64,000 nucleotides of DNA, taken from assembly GCA_965261525.1 (NCBI GenBank), contig OZ253472.1, positions 2,852,601 to 2,916,600 on the forward strand, read 5' to 3'. The stretch comes from Dehalococcoidia bacterium (GTDB lineage Bacteria > Chloroflexota > Dehalococcoidia > Lucifugimonadales > UBA1123). Below the pieces are notes generated by a model that saw nothing but the letters and a program-made list of their open reading frames with translations, was not told where the DNA came from and did not search any database. Shown piece after piece: positions 47,220-55,466 of the stretch. A program made the position numbers and the translations under genes. Positions within the stretch are counted from its first letter, which is position 1. Every line of letters begins with the position of its first letter.

Positions 47220-48032
47220 ATGTCTGGCAAACACCACTGGCGCATCGCGACAGCCACTGCTCCAGGCAGTTCACACCTGAGAGATGATCTTCCAAACCAG
47301 GACGCAGTGACCTGCCAGTTGGTTCAAGTCGGCGACGGTGAAGTCGTGGTGGTCGCCGTCGCCGACGGAGCCGGGTCAGCTGCACGCTCCGATGAAGGTT
47401 CCCAAGTTGCCGTGAGCGCCGCCGTGGCCACGATTGTTGACGGCATCAACAGGCAGCCGGCGGCGGCTTTTGTCGAAAGCCAGGCCGAAGCCCTGCTGCG
47501 CGGCGCAATCAAGCAGGCCAAGATCGAGGTGGAGCGCTACGGCCTGCACCATAATGTCCCGACCCGGGAACTGGCGTCCACGCTTATCGTCGCCATCGCC
47601 AGCGACTCCCTGTTCACCGCGGCCCAGGTCGGCGACGGCGCCGTAATCGCCTTCAACATAGGCAGTGGGGCGGTCAAGACGCTGTGCGACGCCCACACCG
47701 GCGAGTACGCCAACGAGACGACCTTCATCACGTCGCGCAGCCGGCCCCACGAAATTGCCGACGTGGGCCATGCCTCCGGCTACGATTACGACGCCCTGGC
47801 GCTGATTACCGACGGCCTGCAGAACCTGGCCCTGAAGATGCCGGAACGGGAAGCGTTTATGGGGTTCTGGAACCCCATTCTCAAGGACCTGGCCCAGACG
47901 GACGAACCGGAGGCCGTCCCCGGTAGGCTGCATTCCTTCATCAGCGGCGAGCGCGTGCAGTCCCGCACCACCGACGACGTGACCATCGCCATCGCCACCC
48001 GAAACCGCCGAAGTTTGCGGGAGGAACAATAA
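47220..48032 (+). CDS. PP2C-family Ser/Thr phosphatase (TerY-P triad component)
   Basis: ORF track (47094..48032); the likely start is ATG 47220 (MSGKHHWRIATAT). NQDAV, VAVADGAGSA, AAQVGDGAV, LITDGL, TDDVTIAIA. The stop overlaps the next gene's start as TAATG. Confidence 0.8.
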   Translation: MSGKHHWRIATATAPGSSHLRDDLPNQDAVTCQLVQVGDGEVVVVAVADGAGSAARSDEGSQVAVSAAVATIVDGINRQPAAAFVESQAEALLRGAIKQAKIEVERYGLHHNVPTRELASTLIVAIASDSLFTAAQVGDGAVIAFNIGSGAVKTLCDAHTGEYANETTFITSRSRPHEIADVGHASGYDYDALALITDGLQNLALKMPEREAFMGFWNPILKDLAQTDEPEAVPGRLHSFISGERVQSRTTDDVTIAIATRNRRSLREEQ

Positions 48033-48922
48033 TGATCATACGGGACACGGTAGGCGTGTACGACCAGTCGGAATTCGCCGACAACCCGGAAGCGCGATGT
48101 TCCATCGTCCTGATTCTGGACGTTTCCGAATCCATGCAGGGCGTCAAGATTGACACCGTGAACCAGACCCTGGTCAAGTTCCGCAATATGATACGGGAAG
48201 ACTCCGTAACCGCATTGCGGGCCGACGTGGCGATCATTGAGTTTGACGACGAAGCCCGGGTGTACGACTTCGTTAACGGCGCCGACTTCGAGGCCCCGGT
48301 CCTGACCCCACAGGGCGGCACGAATTTTTCGCAACCCGTCAACCTGGCGCTGGACCTCATCGAGGCGCGCAAGCAGAGCTACCGCGACGGCGGCGTCGCC
48401 TATTACCGCAGCCTGGCCTATTTCCTCACCGACGGCATCCCTGGTGACGCCCCCGCCGCTTTGGACCGGGCGGCCCGACGTCTGGCCGAAGTGGAGGAGA
48501 ATCGCGGCGTGGCGTTCTTTTCTTTCATAATCAGTGACGGCAGTGACATCCCCGAGTGGCAGGTCGATGGCGATAAAGTTGAAGATTTCTTCAGACTGAT
48601 CGGAGTCAGCTATGAATCTCTCTCCACGGCAGGTGCTTTTGGCGATGGCAGCGAGGGCGCGAATGGCCTCAATTTGGGCAGGGTCGCTGAAGTGGTTGAC
48701 TCCAGCGTACCGGATATCATGGAGCGGTGCGTCCGGGCAGGAGTCATGCGAACCTCAGTGGATGAACTCTCCAAACTGGCTCCCCGTCCACCGGTGGAAC
48801 TGACCAACATGGAACAGTTGGAAGGCTCCATACAGTGGCTTTCTCGCTCCGTGGCCGCCGTGTCCCAGTCCCAGCCCGGCGCCAGCATTCGCCTGCCCCA
48901 GCCCGATTACCTGAATTTCTAA
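48032..48922 (+). CDS. vWA-domain protein, TerY-like (paralog 1)
   Basis: ORF track, 296 aa. MIDAS residues: LILDVSESM, GGTN, FLTDG. The shared C-terminal tail is IQWLSRSVAAVSQSQPG. Confidence 0.8.
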   Translation: MIIRDTVGVYDQSEFADNPEARCSIVLILDVSESMQGVKIDTVNQTLVKFRNMIREDSVTALRADVAIIEFDDEARVYDFVNGADFEAPVLTPQGGTNFSQPVNLALDLIEARKQSYRDGGVAYYRSLAYFLTDGIPGDAPAALDRAARRLAEVEENRGVAFFSFIISDGSDIPEWQVDGDKVEDFFRLIGVSYESLSTAGAFGDGSEGANGLNLGRVAEVVDSSVPDIMERCVRAGVMRTSVDELSKLAPRPPVELTNMEQLEGSIQWLSRSVAAVSQSQPGASIRLPQPDYLNF

Positions 48923-48943
48923 AGTTCGCAAGGAGAACCTGCA

Positions 48944-49639
48944 ATGACCATTCAAGACTCGGTAGGCGTGTACGACCAGGCGGAATTTGCCGACAACCCG
49001 GAGGCGCGGTGTCCCATCGTGCTGATTCTGGACGTCTCCGGCTCCATGGGCGGCCTCAAGATTGACACCGTGAACCAGGCCCTGGTCAAGTTCGACGAGA
49101 TCATCAAGGAAGACTCGGTTACCGCCCTGCGGGCCGACGTGGCGGTCATTGAGTTCGACCACGAAGCGCGGGTGGCGCAAGACTTCACTAACGGCACCGA
49201 CTTCGAGCCGCCTACCCTGTCCATCAAGGGCGGAACGAATTACTCTAAAGCCGTCAACCTGGCGCTGGACATCTCCGAATCCCGCAAGCAGAGCTACCGC
49301 GACGGCGGCGTCGCCTACTACCGCAGCCTGGCCTATTTCCTCACCGACGGCTACCCGGAACACGACAACGACGCCGACTTGCAGCAGGCCGCCGCCCGCC
49401 TGGCTGAAGCGGAGAAGAACCGCGGCATCGCGTTCTTCTGTTTCGGCATCGGCTCGCCGGACATGCCGGCCGACATGTCAGCGCTGGCCAAGCTTGCCCC
49501 CCGGCAGCCGATAGAACTGACCAACATGGAGCAACTGGACGGCTCCATCCAGTGGCTTTCTCGCTCCGTGGCCGCCGTGTCACAGTCCCAGCCCGGCGAC
49601 AGCATCCGCCTGCCGGAGCCTGGCTACCTGGATTTCTAG
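48944..49639 (+). CDS. vWA-domain protein, TerY-like (paralog 2)
   Basis: ORF track, 231 aa. LILDVSGSM, GGTN, FLTDG. The 5' and 3' ends are near-identical in DNA to paralog 1. Confidence 0.8.
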   Translation: MTIQDSVGVYDQAEFADNPEARCPIVLILDVSGSMGGLKIDTVNQALVKFDEIIKEDSVTALRADVAVIEFDHEARVAQDFTNGTDFEPPTLSIKGGTNYSKAVNLALDISESRKQSYRDGGVAYYRSLAYFLTDGYPEHDNDADLQQAAARLAEAEKNRGIAFFCFGIGSPDMPADMSALAKLAPRQPIELTNMEQLDGSIQWLSRSVAAVSQSQPGDSIRLPEPGYLDF

Positions 49640-49685
49640 TAGTCCGACAACTCAGTTGTGATGGATACCCAGATTCCGAATTATC

Positions 49686-49720
49686 CCCTCTCCCAGAGGG
49701 AGAGGGCTAGGGTGAGGGCA
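49686..49720. repeat. Solo REP-like hairpin (variant of the shared palindromic core)
   Basis: cccctctcccagagggagagggctagggtgagggc lies between vWA paralogs 2 and 3. Confidence 0.6.
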
Positions 49721-49773
49721 GACAAACCGTCAATCCAAAAATATTGGAGCGCTAGGCTGGACGGAGGTGAGCG

Positions 49774-50574
49774 ATGAGCATTCAAGACTCGGTAGGCGTG
49801 TACGACACTGCCGAATTCGCCTACAACCCGGAACCGCGATGTCAGATTGTTATGATCTTGGACACTTCCCCCTGCGTGTCTTGTAGAAGCGGCCCAATTG
49901 ATGCCCTAAACGCGGGCTTGCCTGCGTTCAGCGAAATTATCCGTGGCGACGCCGTAACTGCCTTGCGCGCTGACATCGCAATTGTTGGCTGCGGGCTGCG
50001 CGACCCAAACGGCGCCGGCCTGGCCGATGCGCCCTAACCCAATGACCCCCAGCGCGACCTAGTGATACTTGACTTCACTAACGGCGCCGACTTCTTTCCC
50101 CCTGAACTCCCTCCAATCTACGTCAAGAGCTACTCCGCCTCCATCAACATGGCGCTTGACATGATTGAGGCCCGCAAGCAAAGCTACCGGGACAGTGGCG
50201 TCGCGTATTATCGCAGCCTTGTCTATTTCCTTGCTGACGGTGTGGCTAAAATATGGCATCCCCTAAGCCAACGCATAGGCGTGGGCAGTGAAAGCGATGC
50301 AGATCTAATTGCAACGGGCAACCGCGTGGCTGAAATGGAGCGGAACAGAAGCATCGCCTTCTTCACTTTCTGTTTATTCCATTCCGATGGAGTAACTGGC
50401 TCGTTGGAAAGGCTCGGTTTGCTGGCTCCTCCTCACCGACCGGCGGTGAGGCTGAACAATGTGGCGCAAGTGGCTAATTCCATTGAGTGGCTGTCCCGGT
50501 CGGTGGCCGCCGTGTCCCAGTCCCAACCCGGCGAAGGCATCCTCCTGCCCCAGCAGGGTTTCCTGAATTTATAG
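49774..50574 (+). pseudogene. vWA/TerY paralog 3, degenerate (in-frame TAA at 50035-50037, eroded MIDAS)
   Basis: Track ORFs 49774..50037 and 50062..50574 share one frame. The MIDAS is DTSPCVS instead of DxSxS, GGTN is replaced by KSYSAS, and LTDG by LADG. The C-terminal IEWLSRSVAAVSQSQPG is retained. Confidence 0.6.
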
Positions 50575-50583
50575 GCAACCGGC

Positions 50584-51294
50584 ATGATAGGCAATCGTAT
50601 GTTAACGATGTTCTCACCAGGTCCTAAAAGTAGAACCACGGCGGCGTATCTGGCTATTTTTCTGGGTTGGGCAGGAATCCATAAGTTTTATCTTGGCTAT
50701 CGGAACGTCGGATTCACCCACGTCGCGCTGACCGCGGTGTGGCCGGTTGTATTGCTTGCCCAATTGACCGCGGGCGACTCCGGCAGCGTCACCATCGTCA
50801 AGGTCGCGGCGTGGGGAGTCATCCTTTTCGGCTACTTCTACGTCCGCAGATTTCATTTTAGCCACACCGTGGCCGAAATAATAAGCTCCGGCAGGCTGTT
50901 GCTCTGGCCCTGGCGACTGATTCGGTACACCTTCCGCTTGACCGGAAGGGGGATCAACATTATGGAGGAAGAAGAGGAGGAGGAGCGTCGCTGGCGGAGA
51001 GACCGCCGCAGGAGGAGGGGCCGCCGCAGGAGGAGGGGCCGCCGGCGGGATGACGATGATGACGATGACCGCCGTCTCTCGTCAGGATGTATAGTGATGG
51101 TACTGGGCATAGCTTTGTCCCTGGCGGTTGTGGCGGCCATCCTGTTCTTGTACTATCTCATTTTCTCATTCGTAGGCTTCATTGCCATCGCGGCCTCCGT
51201 TGCCATTGGAGTGATTGAAGGCGTCCGATACTTCACAAAGACCGACAGCGAATTTCAGAGTGAATACGTGGTTGGTCGGAGACTGTGGTTCTAA
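50584..51294 (+). CDS. TM2-domain membrane protein with an extreme charge-block insert
   Basis: ORF track, 236 aa. TM2 signature: AAYLAIFLGWAGIHKFYLGY. Internal block: MEEEEEEERRWRRDRRRRRGRRRRRGRRRDDDDDDDRR. The stop overlaps the kinase start as TAATG. Confidence 0.7.
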   Translation: MIGNRMLTMFSPGPKSRTTAAYLAIFLGWAGIHKFYLGYRNVGFTHVALTAVWPVVLLAQLTAGDSGSVTIVKVAAWGVILFGYFYVRRFHFSHTVAEIISSGRLLLWPWRLIRYTFRLTGRGINIMEEEEEEERRWRRDRRRRRGRRRRRGRRRDDDDDDDRRLSSGCIVMVLGIALSLAVVAAILFLYYLIFSFVGFIAIAASVAIGVIEGVRYFTKTDSEFQSEYVVGRRLWF

Positions 51295-54245
51295 TGGCTA
51301 CACCTGCAAATCCCCTCGCCGGACGCAGCTTCGTAGATGAAGCTGGCAACCCTGTCACGCCGGGCAGAAAGCTGGGCGAGGGTGGCGAGGGCGTGGTGTA
51401 TCTGGTGGACGACGATCCCGGTCTGGTGCTGAAAATCTGGCATCCGGGCAAAACGCCCCAGGACGCCGACGCCAAAATCCGACGCTTGGTGAACAATCCC
51501 GTAACGCCGGAACTGGGGGTTACCTGGCACATCACCTGGCCCCGGCATCTCGTCACCGAAAACGGAGTCATCGCCGGCTATACCATGCCCATCCTCAACC
51601 CCGCCGAGTCATGGGACCCGATAATTGAATACTACAACCGCCGGGCCGCGCAGGGCACCGGGGTGGCCCAGGCACGCGAGATACAGATTGACGACCGGGT
51701 GCGGATGGCGCGCAACCTGGCGTTGGGCTTCAAGGCCGTCCACGAAGCCGGATACGTCATCGGCGACGTCAACGAAAAGAACGTTGAGGTTAACCGGCAG
51801 AACGACATCGCCATGGTGGACTGTGACTCCTACGGATTCACCGACGCCGCCACCGGCCGTACCTTCTCCAACAACATGGGACGGCCCGAGTTCCAGGCTC
51901 CGGAAGCCCAGGGCGATTACGAGAACCGTACCCAGAACCACGACCGTTTCGGCCTGGCCGTAGTCATCTTCCACCTGCTCACCGGGTACCATCCCTACAC
52001 CGTCAACAACCAGCCCAACTATGCGCTGCCCGGCGAGCGTATCAGCAACTGGCTGTTTCCGCCGGCAGGCCGGGGCGTCACCGCCCCCGACCCCTACAAC
52101 GAAGCCTGGGACACGCTGACCGACAAGCAGAAAGAGTTGTTCCTGCGCTGTTTTGACAAAACCCACGAAGGAGAACCGCGCCCCACGCCCGAAGAGTGGG
52201 TGGAAGCTCTGCTGGAAATGCCGAACGTGCCGGCCCCTGCGCCATCGCCATCGCCCGGCCCGTCGCCATCGCCCGGCCCGTCGCCGTCGCCAACCCCGTC
52301 GCCGTCGCCCGGCCCGTCGCCGTGGCCAACCCGGCGGCCCTATTACACACTTCTTCTCGACGCCTTAAGCGATGACTGGCCCTATTGGGTGTCTGCGGTA
52401 GCCGGATACGGGGCGTTGATACCCCTCACCATCTTCAGCGAATTCAGGCCTTGGTGGTGGCTGTCGCTGATGCTGGTGGCGGGGTTACTCCTTTACTTTC
52501 CCTGCAAGAGATTGTTCCAACAGCCAATCACCCTGATACGCTGGATACTGATTGGCGTCGCTTCGATAGTCACCGCCAGTATGTCGCTGAGTTTGATCGG
52601 AGCGGCCATGAAAACCTGGCCCTGGTGGTTGTGGCTGGCGACTGGCCTGGGAATGGCATTCGTCTTCCTGATTCCGGCCAGAGATCGGTTGCTCGGGTTG
52701 CTCCGCAGTCCCGATGCCTGGAGACGCTGGATTGCTATTGGCGCGGTGTCGCTGGTCGGCGTTTTCATCTTGGGCGGCCTGATCAATGCAGGTATCCGGG
52801 AATGGCAGGATTGGCGCTTCGAGAGGAGCTTGCAGGCTGCGGCGAATACGGCCAGCGCCGACAGCGGCGTGGATACGCCGGCTGCCGGCAACGCGATCAG
52901 CGCCAGCGCCGGCGGTGGGGTTGCTCCGGTTATCGCTCCCACCGATACGCTTACGCCAACCCCGGTATCGCCGCCGCCCACAGCCTCCGGCGCTATGTTG
53001 ACGCCTACGCCCGCGCCTGCCCCCGTTGTCGCCATTGCCGTCCCCGATTCAACGCCAACGCCCACACCTCAACCCACGCCGACCTTCACGCCGAACCCTA
53101 CGCCCACTTCCACACCGAATCCTACGCATACGCCGACGCCTGCCCCTACTCCCACTGTCATGCCCACTCCCACCATCACCCCGAGACCGCTCCCCACTCC
53201 GGTCCCTCGAATCAACGAAGAGAGGCACGTCCTCGTACCGGAGGGCGGCGAACCGGTCGAGGTCTCATTCGCCTGGAACTACGCCGCCTATGGAGACGGG
53301 GTGGCGTCTATCGCAAACGACGGTTCCGCGAACTTATCGTTCTCGCCCATCCGACACTCGGCTGGTGAGGCGTTCATCACTGTGGAAGCCAAAGATGATT
53401 CTCATATCGGAAGTGGTGGCGCAATGATTCGGATAACCAATGATTCAGAAGACATAACCTACTTGCTAACAGTGGAAGTGCAGGACGCAGGCGAGCCGAC
53501 CGCCACGCCCACGCCGACGCCAACCGCAACCCCCACACCGACAGTCACGCCGACACCGACTCAGACCGCTACCCCTACCGTGACGCCGACTCCAACTGCC
53601 ACGCCCACCATCACCCCAACGCCCACTCCATCCGTTACGCCAACCCCGACACCCGTGCCATTGCCGCAGTTGGAACTGTCTTTCATTGGACGGATCACAT
53701 ACCGGGACGGAATTTTGCGAATCCCGTTTGATGTTGTCAACGTGGGAAGCGCGACATCCGAACCATCTACTCTGCGACTGTATATATACGGCGAGGGGGA
53801 TGGTTATGGATCAGACAGCGATTATAAAGGATATAACTACGAGATGGAGCCTTTGCTGGCCGCCGCTTCCATCCCGTCGCTTCAGGTTGATAAACGGCAT
53901 TCCAACCCGTCTTGGGATGTCCAACTGGTGGATGGTGAGGTGGGTGATGTCACCCTCATCGCTATGGTGCATAACTGTCAGTGGCAGACAAATTGGTCCT
54001 GTACGGAAAACATGCTGAAATGGGAGTACCAGCTAGAGGGCAACCAGTGCGCGGGCCAAAGCGGCGTTGAGAAATACGCTTCTGGACTCGGTGGCGGGTG
54101 GAGCGACGACTGGCATAACAAAGAGTACCTTGCCGAATGTGACAATGTGGATGTTTACGGCGGACGAGTCGCCCTGGCCCCCACTCCAACCCCGGTTCCA
54201 ACACCCACGCCGCCGCCGACTCCAACCTCGACACCCACACCCTAG
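51294..54245 (+). CDS. YegI-like Ser/Thr protein kinase, receptor type. N-terminal kinase, PS-rich linker, about 5 TM segments, PT-rich linkers and Cys-containing extracytoplasmic domains
   Basis: ORF track (51285..54245); ATG at 51294. GEGGEGVVYLV, HEAGYVIGDVNEKNVEVN, MVDCDSYGF, GRPEFQAPE. TM runs include WWWLSLMLVAGLLLYF, ILIGVASIVTASMSLSLIGAAM, WWLWLATGLGMAFVFLI and IAIGAVSLVGVFILGGLI. Confidence 0.8.
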   Translation: MATPANPLAGRSFVDEAGNPVTPGRKLGEGGEGVVYLVDDDPGLVLKIWHPGKTPQDADAKIRRLVNNPVTPELGVTWHITWPRHLVTENGVIAGYTMPILNPAESWDPIIEYYNRRAAQGTGVAQAREIQIDDRVRMARNLALGFKAVHEAGYVIGDVNEKNVEVNRQNDIAMVDCDSYGFTDAATGRTFSNNMGRPEFQAPEAQGDYENRTQNHDRFGLAVVIFHLLTGYHPYTVNNQPNYALPGERISNWLFPPAGRGVTAPDPYNEAWDTLTDKQKELFLRCFDKTHEGEPRPTPEEWVEALLEMPNVPAPAPSPSPGPSPSPGPSPSPTPSPSPGPSPWPTRRPYYTLLLDALSDDWPYWVSAVAGYGALIPLTIFSEFRPWWWLSLMLVAGLLLYFPCKRLFQQPITLIRWILIGVASIVTASMSLSLIGAAMKTWPWWLWLATGLGMAFVFLIPARDRLLGLLRSPDAWRRWIAIGAVSLVGVFILGGLINAGIREWQDWRFERSLQAAANTASADSGVDTPAAGNAISASAGGGVAPVIAPTDTLTPTPVSPPPTASGAMLTPTPAPAPVVAIAVPDSTPTPTPQPTPTFTPNPTPTSTPNPTHTPTPAPTPTVMPTPTITPRPLPTPVPRINEERHVLVPEGGEPVEVSFAWNYAAYGDGVASIANDGSANLSFSPIRHSAGEAFITVEAKDDSHIGSGGAMIRITNDSEDITYLLTVEVQDAGEPTATPTPTPTATPTPTVTPTPTQTATPTVTPTPTATPTITPTPTPSVTPTPTPVPLPQLELSFIGRITYRDGILRIPFDVVNVGSATSEPSTLRLYIYGEGDGYGSDSDYKGYNYEMEPLLAAASIPSLQVDKRHSNPSWDVQLVDGEVGDVTLIAMVHNCQWQTNWSCTENMLKWEYQLEGNQCAGQSGVEKYASGLGGGWSDDWHNKEYLAECDNVDVYGGRVALAPTPTPVPTPTPPPTPTSTPTP

Positions 54246-54432
54246 GCCGTGTTGACATTTATCGTCATTCCCGCGAAGGCGGGAACCCCGAAGGGCTCGC
54301 CGCTCGGCAATCCAGGGGGGTGGACTGTGGCTACTTAAGTCGCATTCACGCTTGTTTGGAATACTGAAAATCCGATCATGGACTGAATGACAGGATGAGA
54401 TTCCGAATGTCAACAGAACCTAACAACTAACC

Positions 54433-54528
54433 ATGGAATACGACAAACTCAGCAAGCGCCTCTTCGCCGCCGGGTACGACCTCCTCAACTCCGTCTAGCC
54501 CATCCTCGCCCGCGGCTGCCACCACTGA
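54433..54528. other. Recombination scar: copy of the 5' end of the methyltransferase gene fused to a copy of the 3' end of the D-TA paralog-2 gene
   Basis: 54433-54493 equals 60886-60946 (61 nt, 1 mismatch). 54490-54528 matches 46931-46969 at 35 of 39 nt. The two pieces overlap in the 4-nt microhomology tccg. Confidence 0.8.
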
Positions 54529-54569
54529 TAAGGCTACAAATAGCAATCTATCCGACGCTCAAGCCAAGA

Positions 54570-55466
54570 TTAGACGTCGTCTAGGTCATCCAAGTCGTCC
54601 AGATCATCCAAGTCGTCGTCGAGACTATTATCGCGACGATTATGACGACTGCCGTTACCCCGAAGCATCCAAGTCAGCATGAAAGTGACCAAGCATCCGA
54701 CGGCAAGAATGGGAAGCGCCACGATGAGGTAGGACAATCCTTCTCCCCAGAATGGCGGTGGCTCGACTGTGAGAGATTCACCTATCACTGGCTGCGTGGC
54801 GTCGAGCAGATCCTGCGCGTCCCATGGACGGCCCTCGTCCACCAGTTTGGATGAGAAGTCCAGCAATGGAGCTATGCTCGGAAGCGCATCGGCGTCGGCG
54901 GCTGCCCTGAATTTGGCTACTCGCTCATTCACTTGGTGAGCCATTGAGTGCAGTGCGATGGACTCTCTGCGATAGTCGAATCTGTCATCTTGTCCAAATT
55001 CCACAACCCGAATTGTGCGGGATCTGGCGACCTCCCGCATATAGGGGTCTGCTTCATCAGAATTGTCCGTTACGGGGATAGATTCCCTGTATTTGGGTAC
55101 TACTCCCTCCATCTCCACGACTGCGGCGACCGTTTCGTCTATCTCTACCTCTCTGCCAAGATGGATAGTCCCGCCGTTGATTCGCCAATCTACCTGGTCG
55201 AGTTCAGTCCTGCCTTTCCATTTGCCGGCGTCGCCCAGTCCCGGTTCTATCCTGCATTTCACGAATATCCTACTGCCTATATCAACGAACTGCGGGATGT
55301 CGTTGAGAAAATCGCCATCGCCGATTTTGAATGAACAGCGTGGTTGGGACGTGGACTGTGCGCTGGCGATTGAGAGCGAGAACCAAGTGAGCGCTATCAG
55401 CGCAAAAGACACAGCCACGATTCTCAGAGACACTCCAAAAGCGCGTCGGATTTCGAGGAATGTCAT
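54570..55466 (-). CDS. Hypothetical bitopic membrane/secreted protein with an acidic DDL-repeat tail
   Basis: ORF track, 298 aa. N-terminal signal/anchor: LRIVAVSFALIALTWFSLSIASAQS. C-terminal TM: LSYLIVALPILAVGCLVTFMLTWML. The tail is DDDLDDLDDLDDLDDV. Confidence 0.55.
   Translation of the reverse strand: MTFLEIRRAFGVSLRIVAVSFALIALTWFSLSIASAQSTSQPRCSFKIGDGDFLNDIPQFVDIGSRIFVKCRIEPGLGDAGKWKGRTELDQVDWRINGGTIHLGREVEIDETVAAVVEMEGVVPKYRESIPVTDNSDEADPYMREVARSRTIRVVEFGQDDRFDYRRESIALHSMAHQVNERVAKFRAAADADALPSIAPLLDFSSKLVDEGRPWDAQDLLDATQPVIGESLTVEPPPFWGEGLSYLIVALPILAVGCLVTFMLTWMLRGNGSRHNRRDNSLDDDLDDLDDLDDLDDV

Noticed and set aside
52230-53640. PS/PT-rich DNA tracts in kinase 1 (and 58900-59600 and 60120-60250 in kinase 2) as non-coding microsatellites
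   Set aside because: They stay in frame within long ORFs and connect recognisable domains, so they are low-complexity Pro/Thr/Ser linkers typical of extracytoplasmic proteins.
54246-54432. Possible small gene or ncRNA between kinase 1 and the scar
   Set aside because: It contains only a REP-type hairpin (cattcccgcgaaggcgggaac) and AT-rich spacer. There is no ORF with a start and RBS, and no structure I can recognise.
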